Source of the DNA: Octopus sinensis
Taxonomy: Eukaryota
Assembly: GCF_006345805.1 (NCBI RefSeq)
Contig: NW_021826388.1
Coordinates: forward strand, 1 to 12,988
Reading direction: 5' to 3'
Length of the DNA stretch: 12,988 bases
The notes below the pieces were generated by a model. It was not told where the DNA came from and did no database searches. It was given only the letters and a program-made list of their open reading frames with translations. Shown here piece by piece: positions 1-7,699 of the stretch; the first letter of the stretch is position 1, and the number at the start of each line of letters is the position of its first letter. Both the position numbers and the translations under genes were made by a program.

Positions 1-703
1 GAAAGGATTGAGGAAACACCACTTCCTCCTCAGTCAAGCCCTCATTCACTCTTTTCGAGTTCCACTTGGAAAGAAAAGTGAGTGAGGTGAGCGAAGTGCT
101 ACCACTCAGTAAATTTGTATAAAGATGGGTGACTGTGGGAAAATTGGTCAGATTATAGATTAGAGAGCAGGAGAGAGGGCTCATACCTTTGGTCAGAGTA
201 ATCCTGGATCTATGGGGTTCCTTGATTGGCCCTAGTTGGTGTATCTCCTGTATCAGGTGGACTGTATCATTTATGTTATCACATACTTTGTATATTATAT
301 TTATATCATATTTCACTGTCTTTTCCATTTCTTTCTCCCCATCCTTTATGGAACCCCTCCCCCATTGTCTGTACTTGTGATGTCACTCTCATCTATGCCC
401 CTATGGCTATTAAAAGAAATATTTCTGTTATTACTAAGTTGAAATGAAATAGAGCAGCTTAATGTGGTCAATACTATTGATTTACAGTTTGAACTTTTGT
501 CAGAAAAATATTGGTAGCAAGAAATTCTACAAATGTTTTGGTGAAGGAGTTGAAGGAATATTTAGAAATACTTGTTCTGTATTAAATGTCTTAGAATAAT
601 TTTGTTTCCTTCATTTCGTAATTTGAATTGAATTCCTGCTCGGTTGATATTGACTTTGTTGTTAGTCCATCATGTGATGGTGGTGGAACTGTTAAGTTGT
701 GCA

Positions 704-895
704 TTTTATCTTATACTTGTTTTGGTCATTAAATTGCGGCCATGCTGGGGCACCACCATGAAGGGTTTAATTGAAGAAATCAACCCCAGTAATTATTCTT
801 AAGACTCGTTCTTATTCAATCAGTCTGTTTTGCCACACTATGGGGGAGGCTGTAAACAAATCACCACTGCTTGTAAAACAGTGGTGGTGGGGCAA
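704..895 (-). mobile_element. SINE 3' half (family A), degraded
   Basis: Reverse complement matches 4665-4839 (+) and 10570-10775 (-): ...ttttgcc...tcagtct...tggccatgctggg...tacttgt motifs. Confidence 0.7.
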
Positions 896-999
896 ACGCA
901 CATATCCACACGTACCTAACTTCATGGACCCTCCTGTAATTAGATGATGTCTTGCTGAACAATTACATGGATGATTTGTTTATAGTGATCACTCCCTCC

Positions 1000-1175
1000 A
1001 TCAAATGGACATTACCTGTACAGGTGTATGACATACCACATGTCAGATGACAAAAATGATCACGCAGCAACATGAGATGAAGTGTTTTGCTCAAGAACAC
1101 AAGGCAACACCCAGTCTGCGAATTGAAACCACAATCTCAGGATCATAAGTGCAACACCCTAACCACTAAGCCATG
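1000..1175 (-). mobile_element. tRNA-derived CORE-like SINE (family B), 5' part
   Basis: Minus strand reads TGGCTTAGTGGTTAG (A box), GGTTTCAATTCGC (B box-like), then tgtgttcttgagcaaaacact (CORE-like). Same head as 11161-11502. Confidence 0.75.
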
Positions 1176-1179
1176 TCCT

Positions 1180-1230
1180 ATGTGTATGTATGTATGTATG
1201 TATGTATGTATGTATGTATATATAATATAT

Positions 1231-1261
<31 letters not shown>

Positions 1262-1270
1262 TATATATAT
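1180..1270. repeat. (TATG)n/(TA)n compound microsatellite
   Basis: Direct reading. Confidence 0.95.
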
Positions 1271-1279
1271 GGCAGATAA

Positions 1280-1322
1280 CTGAAGAGATGGTGGTGTGGA
1301 TTTCCACCTTGGCATCCGAAAC
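1280..1322 (+). ncRNA. Degenerate hammerhead-ribozyme-like motif
   Basis: CTGAAGA (1280-1286), GATG...CATC stem with inner GTGG/CCAC hairpin, then C-GAAAC (1318-1322). Stems I and III not convincingly formed. Confidence 0.3.
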
Positions 1323-1377
1323 TCATTTTTATTTTGGTTACCGAGTAATTGTCACATGTTATTTTTTAAGATTTACA

Positions 1378-1378
1378 G

Positions 1379-1411
<33 letters not shown>

Positions 1412-1420
1412 ATATTATAT
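1378..1420. repeat. (TA)n microsatellite
   Basis: Direct reading. Confidence 0.95.
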
Positions 1421-1607
1421 GGCACGTAAAAAGCACCCACTACACTCATGGAGTGGTTGGCGTTAGGAGAAGGCATCCAGCCGTAGAAACATTGCCAAAT
1501 CAGACTGGGCCTGGTGCAGCCTTCTAGCTTCCCAGACCCCAGTTGCACCGTCCAACCCATGCCAGCATGGAAAGCGGACGCTAAATGATGATGATGATGA
1601 TATGATG
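1421..1607 (+). mobile_element. 5'-truncated RTE-type LINE/SINE 3' end with (GAT)n tail
   Basis: aagcacccactacact...ggcatccagccgtagaaac...ccaacccatgccagcatggaaagcggacgctaaa(tga)n; closely matches 8046-8237. Confidence 0.85.
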
Positions 1608-1632
1608 TGCCTATGTATATTTTCTGTGTGGA

Positions 1633-1785
1633 GGTGCAGGTATGACTGTGATAAGAAGCTTGCTTCTCAACCACACGGTTTCAAGTTCAGTCCCCCTGTG
1701 TGGCACCTTAGACAAGTCTTCTCTAGCCTTGGGCCGATCAAAGCTTTGTGAGTGGATTGGTAGACAGAAGCTGAAATAAGCCTAT
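1633..1785 (+). mobile_element. tRNA/CORE-like SINE head (family A 5' half)
   Basis: aagaagcttgcttctcaaccacacggtttcaagttcagtcccc...ggcaccttagacaagt...ggtagacagaagctgaaataagcc; inverse copies at 2344-2488 and 10798-10950. Confidence 0.8.
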
Positions 1786-1800
1786 TGTGTGTGTATGTAG

Positions 1801-1855
<55 letters not shown>

Positions 1856-1967
1856 GTATATGTATGTATGTGTGTGTGTGTGTGTGTGTGTATATGTATG
1901 TATGTATATGTGTGTGTATATGTATGTATGTGTATATGTGTGTATATGGTGTGTATGTATGTATGTA

Positions 1968-2002
<35 letters not shown>

Positions 2003-2010
2003 GTGTATAT
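1786..2010. repeat. Compound TA/TG/TATG microsatellite
   Basis: Direct reading; source of the spurious YIYI/CVCV ORFs. Confidence 0.95.
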
Positions 2011-2280
2011 GTGGAGGCGCAATGGCCCAGTGGTTAGGGCAGCGGATTCGCGGTCAGAGGATCGCGGTTTTGATTCCCAGACCGGGCGTTGTGTGTGTTT
2101 ATTGAGCGAAAACACCTAAAAGCTCCATGAGGCTCCAGCAGGGGGTGGTGATCCCTGCTGTACTCTTTCTCCCACTCTTTCTTCTGCTGGCCTGGCGTCG
2201 TTCGAAGGCTAAAACAATGCGAACGCATTGTGACCAGCGGTGTGTAGCAACAGCTGATGGTCTGGTCGGTCACGTGATAT
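2011..2280 (+). mobile_element. Young tRNA-derived SINE (family C), near full length
   Basis: TGGCCCAGTGGTTAGG A box, GGTTTTGATTCCC B box, CpG-rich, ends in cacgtgata. Second copy at 5453-5760; this copy lacks two short internal segments. Head resembles tRNA-Arg (recall, unverified). Confidence 0.9.
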
Positions 2281-2343
2281 GTGTATGTATATATATATGT
2301 GTGTGTGTGTATATATATATATATATAATGCATACACATGATG

Positions 2344-2488
2344 AGCTTTTTTTCAGTTTCTGTCTACGAGATTCACTAACAAGGCTTTGGTTAGCTTGGT
2401 TCTAATGTGGAAGATACAAGATACCAAGTAGTGGAACTGAACCCGATACTGCATAGTTGGGAAGCAAACTTCTTAACCAGGCAGCCAT
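2344..2488 (-). mobile_element. SINE family A head, degraded
   Basis: ttcagtttctgtctac...aaggctttgg...gaactgaaccc...gggaagcaaacttctta is the reverse complement of 1633-1785. Confidence 0.75.
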
Positions 2489-2580
2489 TTTATACAACAC
2501 AGACATGTGCAGGCACATACAACACATGCATATACATACAAACACATTTTACTGTATTTCTGAGCAAACAAACTACTTAC

Positions 2581-2597
2581 CATTCAAGATTGTAGGA
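2581..2597 (-). other. Candidate 17-nt micro-exon
   Basis: Minus strand: tttttttttattattgtttattcag|TCCTACAATCTTGAATG|gtaagt; long pyrimidine tract and perfect donor. No transcript evidence. Confidence 0.35.
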
Positions 2598-2685
2598 CTG
2601 AATAAACAATAATAAAAAAAAAATGTAATCAAGAAAAAAAAAAATAGGCAGGTTCCACCATTTTCATTTCAGTCAAGTAATTAAA

Positions 2686-2760
2686 AATAGGAAGAGCATC
2701 CAGCTGTAAAGATAATTGCTTGAACAAATAAACCATCATACACATGGTAGCATGAATAAA
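2686..2760 (+). mobile_element. Very degraded retroposon 3' tail fragment
   Basis: aggaagagcatccagctgtaaa...catggtagcatg resembles the shared tail of the GAT-tailed family. Confidence 0.4.
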
Positions 2761-3430
2761 TATATATATTGGATATGTAGTAGTTACAGGGAGGCATGTA
2801 GGTATCATGAATTCTGAAGAAAATTGGTGTCTGGGTCAGGAACAATTATTCCATAATAGAGTTCATTAAGGAGTTTGGGAAGTTTAATTATACTGAGGGG
2901 TGAAGAATTTAATACTGAGTAGCTTTTGGTCTTTTTTTCTGACAGTAAGGAAACAGAAATGGCATTGTTCTTCAGACTGTTCTCAAGGCTGTGTGGTTAA
3001 AAATGTACGCTTTGCAAGCTCACCGATTTTTAAAATTAAAAAAAAAAAAATAAAAAAAAAAAAAATTCCAAGTGCGTCAGTGACTGCACAGATGTCTCAA
3101 ATTTCATCTTGATCGGTTGAATAGTCTCGGAGTTATAGGAAAAAATTCACAAACACATGCACCAAATGGTGGATAAGTTCTGACTTTCTTCAGTAAGTTC
3201 AGGCCCACATGAGAATACCCCATGTCTTAAAAGACTGATATAAGATCCTGAACCATCTATAAGAGTTAAAAGTTCATGTAGTAACTTAACGCAAATCTGA
3301 ACTCCAAAGTATTCGCAAGTTAAGAGGAGGGTATACTGATAAGTTAAATCCTGTATATAAGTAGTAGTTTGTATAAATGTGGTTTGATTGTCAGTATATC
3401 TATCGTTATACATAAAATAATGAATAGAAA

Positions 3431-3990
3431 ATCGTCGTTCAATGTTAGTTTTCCATGCTGGCATGAGTTAGACAGTTTGACTGGGGACTGGAAAGCCAAG
3501 AGACTGCACCAGGCTCTAATCTGATCTAGCAATGTTTCTACAGCTGGATGTCCTTCCTAACACCAACTACTCCAAGAGTAGTGGGTGCTTTTACTGTCCT
3601 ACCAGTACAGGAGCCAGTTGGGTCAAGAGGGCTGGCATCGACCACATTTGGATGGTGCCTTTTACATGCCACTGGTACAGGGACCAGTCAGGTGGTACTG
3701 GCATTGGCCATGTTCGGATGGTGCTTTTTACATGCCACCGACACAAGAGCTAGTTGGGGTGACAGCGCTGGCATTGACCACGTTTGGATGGTGCTTTTTA
3801 TGTGCCATCGGCATGGAGAGCCAGTCAGGCGACATTGGCAATGATCCAGGCATGAATGGTGCTTATTGCGTGCCACCAGCATGGGAGCCAGTCAGGCGAC
3901 ACTGGCATCAGCCATAACTACAATTTCCATTTGATTGTGGTTTGATTTGATTTTGATGTACTCGATTCAATGGGTCTCCTCAATCACGGC
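3431..3990 (-). mobile_element. RTE-type 3' end with internal ~66-70 bp tandem array
   Basis: ttttccatgctggcatg...ctgcaccaggctc...ctacagctggatg shared tail, followed by 5 units anchored on ggtgct at 3584, 3654, 3720, 3790, 3858. Confidence 0.85.
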
Positions 3991-4003
3991 AAAATGCACT
4001 TGC

Positions 4004-4014
4004 CTGTTTAAAAC
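4004..4014 (-). other. Candidate 11-nt micro-exon with GC donor
   Basis: Minus strand: cactgatttgattcaccagcatttcag|GTTTTAAACAG|gcaagt. Confidence 0.25.
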
Positions 4015-4176
4015 CTGAAATGCTGGTGAATCAAATCAGTGAATTGAAATAAGTTTTAGCAATGAAAATGATTCGTATTGAAATGCAGAATTAGCAAATG
4101 CTAAAGAGAATACCGTTAAGTAACAAATTCACAAACAGACAGAAATTGCCGTTTATGTGTGTGTGTGTGTATATAT

Positions 4177-4623
4177 ATCATCATCATCATTTAACGTTCG
4201 TTTTCCATGCTGGCATGGGTTGGATGGTTTGACTGAGGTCGGGAGAGCCAGCAGCTGCACCAGGCTCCAATCTGATCTGGCAATGATTCTACAACTGGAC
4301 ACACTTCCTAACACCAACCAGTCCTAGAGTGTAGTGGGTGCTTATGTGCCACTGGCACAAGGGCCAGTCAGGTGGGCCTAGCATCGATCATATTCGGATG
4401 GTGCTTTTCCTGTGCAACCGGCATAGGAGCCAGTCAGGGGGCACTGGCCACAGCTATGATATTGGTTTTACTTGACTCAACAGGTCTTCTCAAGTATATC
4501 ATTTTTCCCGACCCATCAGAGGTACTCTTAATTGGGCTGGACATGTATGGCTGCAATCTCACTTTAGTTGCCAGGTCTTCTTAATCAGCATATCTCCAAA
4601 GGACTCGGTTTTCTGTCATTGCC
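4177..4623 (-). mobile_element. 5'-truncated RTE-clade LINE: ORF C-terminus remnant, 3' UTR and (GAT)n tail
   Basis: (ATC)n at 4177, shared tail, 2 tandem units. Minus strand 4623-4560 translates AMTENRVLWRYA, similar to the RTE C-terminal xDRxxWR motif. Confidence 0.75.
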
Positions 4624-4664
4624 TATATATATATATGTATGTATGTGTGTGTGTGTGTGTGTGT
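4624..4664. repeat. TA/TATG/TG microsatellite
   Basis: Direct reading. Confidence 0.9.
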
Positions 4665-4839
4665 CAGTGTCCCCCTACCCCACTGTCACCAACTAGTGTT
4701 GGTGTGTTTATATCCCAGTAATTTAGTGGTTCAGCAAAGAGATTGACAGAATAAGTACTGGGGTCAATTTATTCGACTAAAAGTTCAAGGCAGTGCCCCA
4801 GCATGGCCAGTCTTATGATTGAAACAAACGATAAAGATA
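4665..4839 (+). mobile_element. SINE family A 3' half
   Basis: tggttcagcaaagagattgacagaataagtactggggtcaatt...cccagcatggcc...gaaacaa; homologous to 704-895 and 10570-10775. Confidence 0.75.
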
Positions 4840-4850
4840 TTTCTCAGTCT

Positions 4851-4852
<2 letters not shown>

Positions 4853-4886
<34 letters not shown>
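4853..4886 (-). repeat. 34-nt poly(A) on minus strand (T run on plus)
   Basis: Direct count. Confidence 0.95.
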
Positions 4887-4889
<3 letters not shown>

Positions 4890-5244
4890 GGTTCCTGTAT
4901 AAAATTAGATATCAATGTAACTTCTGTTTGTGATTGCTAATCCTGGTGGCTCATATCTCCTCTTCAGAATATGGGTGATGTTGGCTCTTAAAGAGGTTCA
5001 TCCGCTCTTCATAGGTTTCCTTTGTTAATCCTGCATATGACTGACCACCCACCCTTTTCACTAGGCAATCTAAATAAGGAACCAGTTTAGTTGGATTAAA
5101 AGGTTTTAAGTTCCTGTTAGCCTTTAGTACCATTGGTGCCGTACATAATCACATGCACAAGTAATTTATTAACAATCCATTGTACAATTAATATAGCTGT
5201 TACCCCCCACACACACACTTACATACACACAACTAGGTTCATGC

Positions 5245-5385
5245 ATTGGTGTGTCTTGAAGTTCACTTCACAACTGCATGGTATATCAAGTTTAGTCCCG
5301 CTCTAGTACTTTGGACAAGTGGCTTCTACTACAGCCCCAGATCTTTGAGTAGCCTTGCTTGACAGAAATTGAAAGAAGCCATGTG
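5245..5385 (+). mobile_element. SINE family A head, highly degraded
   Basis: tttagtccc...tttggacaagtggcttctactacagcc...gacagaaattgaaagaagcc matches 1633-1785. Confidence 0.6.
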
Positions 5386-5452
5386 TGTGTGTAGTACACA
5401 CACACATATGCAAAAGTGGACATAAAATTTTATATATATATAATGTGTGTGT

Positions 5453-5760
5453 GTGGAGGCGCAATGCCCCAGTGGTTAGGGCAGCGGGCTTGCGGTCGTA
5501 GGATTGCGGTTTCGATTCCCAGACCGGGCGTTGTGAGTGTTTAATGAGCGAAAACGCATAAAGCTCCACGAGGCTCCTGCAGGGGGTGGTCGCAATCCCT
5601 GCTGTACTCTTTCGCCACAACTTTCTCTCACTCTTTCTTCTGTTGGCCTGCTTGCTTAGCCAGCCGGATGGCGTCATTTGAAGGCTAAAACAATGAAGCG
5701 CATTGTGACCAGCGATGTGTAGCAACATCTGATAGCCTGGTCTTTCATGTGATCACATGA
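5453..5760 (+). mobile_element. Young tRNA-derived SINE (family C), full length
   Basis: CAGTGGTTAGG A box, GGTTTCGATTCCC B box; colinear with 2011-2280; tail catgtgatcacatgata. Confidence 0.9.
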
Positions 5761-5774
5761 TATATATATACACA

Positions 5775-5822
<48 letters not shown>

Positions 5823-6030
5823 CACCACACACAACAAACCACACACACACACACACACACACCACACACACACAACAACAACACACACACACACCAACAC
5901 ACACACACACACACACCACACAACACACACACACACAACACACACACACACACACACACCACACACACAACACACACACACACACACACACACACCACAC
6001 ACACACACACACCACACACACATGTGTGTG
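5761..6030. repeat. Interrupted (CA)n microsatellite, ~260 bp
   Basis: Almost only C and A, with CC/AA interruptions. Confidence 0.95.
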
Positions 6031-6079
6031 TAAAAATGAAAGAAAATAGCTTCTGACAATGTAAAAAGGTTTTATAAAA

Positions 6080-6118
6080 CCTTTATATTTCAGGTACAAA
6101 AGGCCCATCTTCAGAACA
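6080..6118 (-). ncRNA. Minimal type I hammerhead-ribozyme-like motif (left arm)
   Basis: Minus strand: TGTT-CTGAAGA-T-GGGC-CTTTTGT-ACCT-GAA-ATAT-A-AAGG; intact core, palindromic ATAT helix III, AUA cleavage triplet, one mismatch each in stems I and II. Confidence 0.55.
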
Positions 6119-6254
6119 AAAATTGTGAGAAATATCCAGTTATGTAGGTCCATTAGCCCATCCAAATCCTAATAAAGTTGTTACCACAAAACTAGGTGCA
6201 TGGGTTGAATGAGTTAACAGAACCTACATAACTGGACATTTCCCAGACTGTTTA

Positions 6255-6292
6255 TCTTCTGAAGATGGGCCTTTGTGCCTGAAATAGAAAGG
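6255..6292 (+). ncRNA. Minimal type I hammerhead-ribozyme-like motif (right arm)
   Basis: TCTT-CTGAAGA-T-GGGC-CTTTGT-GCCT-GAA-ATAG-A-AAGG; stems I and II pair fully (with G-U), but conserved U16.1 is G. Confidence 0.55.
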
Positions 6293-6384
6293 TTCTATAA
6301 AATTAACCACATTGTCAGAAGCTTTCTATTTTCTCTTTTTTTACCGTCTTCAGTCTTACAGTGCTTTAAGTGAACTACAATGCT

Positions 6385-6392
6385 TATATATT

Positions 6393-6424
<32 letters not shown>

Positions 6425-6426
6425 AT
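6385..6426. repeat. (TA)n microsatellite
   Basis: Direct reading. Confidence 0.9.
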
Positions 6427-6699
6427 AATCAGGAAAATAAGACAAGATTGAAAATGCTAAAATAATTTTATCATGGAGAACATTTTAGTACTGGTTCCAT
6501 ATTTTAGACTTTTTCAACTAAGAATAAAATAAGACAGATTGGAGAAAAAAAAATTGTCTTGAAGGGAGAGAGAAGAGGAAACGGAGAAAGAAAAAAGAAA
6601 AATACAGGAGTGCTGTGACAGCAAATTGTCTGTGGAATCTTCTTTAATTGTCAAATGACCTAAAAGTGACATGTGATTGTAACAGTAGTGGTTGGAATT

Positions 6700-7514
6700 G
6701 TTCTAAATACTTGTAGTAGTTTCATCTGTGGTGGTGGTGGCGGCATTCAAAATAGGTTTATATTTTGTGCTAAAATACACTTCTTTGCTAATGTGCTGAT
6801 TATAGGTTGCATTGTCCCTGAATTTAAAGAGGGGAAAAAATTCCAAAGTTGGGTTGTTTGTTAGTAGTGCAAATATCAATGTGCTCGCTTAATCTTATTC
6901 TTCCGTATTCTCGTATTTTAATCTGGGATCTATGTACCATCATCCTCTGATGTAAACTGTTTTTAATTTGACCAATATATTGTTCTTGATACCCTGAATA
7001 AATTAATATATATATATATATATTAGGTTTTCCAAAGCACACATGAAGTTCTTTTTCACTGTAAAACGTTGACCCTGTTTGAAGGTGAATTCCAATCCTT
7101 CAATTAGGTTGATGCATATACCAGTTAGGTCTTTTGCATTTTTTTTACTGTCAGTTTCAATGTTGTCGACTAGTGTACTTAGGCCTATGTTAGACTTTTC
7201 ATTGACTTGGGTTGTCTTTTGCTCTTTATGATGGTGTGTGTTTGGAGTGAATAGTTCCTGCTGATGAGTGTATCTTTTAGCTCATGTTGTTTTCTCCCTG
7301 GTGCTTGTATCAGATACTATAATACAAATCCTTTTTGCCAGGTTGTAAGGCATAGTCATTCTAATGTCTGGGGTGGCAAGAGTTGAATGGCAGATATTGC
7401 TTGGAGTCCATGGGCTTATAGTAGATGTCTGTTTCTATTTTGTCATTGGATTTCTTAATGAGGATGTCGAGGAATGGAAGTTGTTGGTAACTATATTCCA
7501 TCATAAATTGAATG
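6700..7514 (-). mobile_element. Penelope-like retroelement remnant (RT C-terminus/thumb, Cys linker, GIY-YIG endonuclease); frameshifted pseudogene
   Basis: Translation across frameshifts: IQFMMEYSYQQLPFLDILIKK..ETDIYYKPMDSKQYLPFNSCHPRH / MPYNLAKRICIIVS / IIKSKRQPK / KCKRPN(C)GIC / NLIY..EQYIGQIKNSLHQRMMVHRSQ..SEHIDIC / KEVYFSTKYKPILN. These are typical PLE RT and GIY-YIG motifs. Confidence 0.92.
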
Positions 7515-7517
7515 CGT

Positions 7518-7536
7518 ACGTGTGTGTGTGTGTATA

Positions 7537-7566
<30 letters not shown>
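7518..7566. repeat. TG/TA microsatellite
   Basis: Direct reading. Confidence 0.9.
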
Positions 7567-7567
<1 letters not shown>

Positions 7568-7699
7568 CATCATTGTTTAACGTCTGCTCTCCATGCTAGC
7601 ATGGGTTGGATGATTTTGACTGAGGGCTGGCAAACCAGATGGCTGCACCAGTCTCCAATCTTGATCTGGCAGAGTTTCTACAGCTGGATGCCCTTTCTC
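7566..7699 (-). mobile_element. 5'-truncated RTE-type 3' end (ctgagggctggc subfamily)
   Basis: Near-identical to 11785-11930 and to the reverse complement of 11023-11128. Confidence 0.85.

Larger units (their letters stand above)
6041..6334. repeat. Long inverted repeat (fold-back) with a hammerhead-like motif in each arm
   Basis: 6041-6149 is the reverse complement of 6222-6334 (roughly 80% by eye). Pairing extends inward (6151-6164 with 6197-6211), leaving a ~30-nt loop. Confidence 0.9.

Noticed and set aside
450-700. Protein-like fragments (WTNNKVNINRAGIQFKLRNEGNK...)
   Set aside because: Interrupted by stops in all frames and not assignable to any family
2011-2090. tRNA gene (also 5453-5530 and 9544-9635)
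   Set aside because: A/B boxes are present but there is no proper acceptor stem, and each continues into a SINE body
1738-2339. ORFs of 101-125 aa (YIYI/CVCV/HTHT-rich)
   Set aside because: Translations of dinucleotide microsatellite plus SINE sequence
3532-3917. Overlapping ORFs with repeated peptides; possible CRISPR-like array
   Set aside because: Units are wholly repeated with no unique spacers and lie in a retroelement 3' UTR in eukaryotic DNA
2814-4967. Other CTGAAGA/TCTTCAG heptamers (about 2814, 2970, 3187, 4961; also 6347 and CTGATGA at 7261)
   Set aside because: No stem II plus GAAA in the right place; the heptamer alone is common by chance
5674-6165. Cys/Val-rich or His/Thr-rich ORFs up to 163 aa
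   Set aside because: Translations of the interrupted (CA)n array; the CC/AA interruptions may be slippage or sequencing noise, and no code-like periodicity is evident
6228-6278. 51-nt minus-strand exon (HKGPSSEDKQSGKCPV or TKAHLQKINSLGNVQL) in the right arm of the fold-back
   Set aside because: Splice-like signals exist, but the complete hammerhead architecture explains the sequence better; kept as an alternative hypothesis
6478-6530. Possible decayed hammerhead in the PLE 3' region (minus: TTGAAAAAGTC...GTACTAAAATGTT)
   Set aside because: Too many core changes to support
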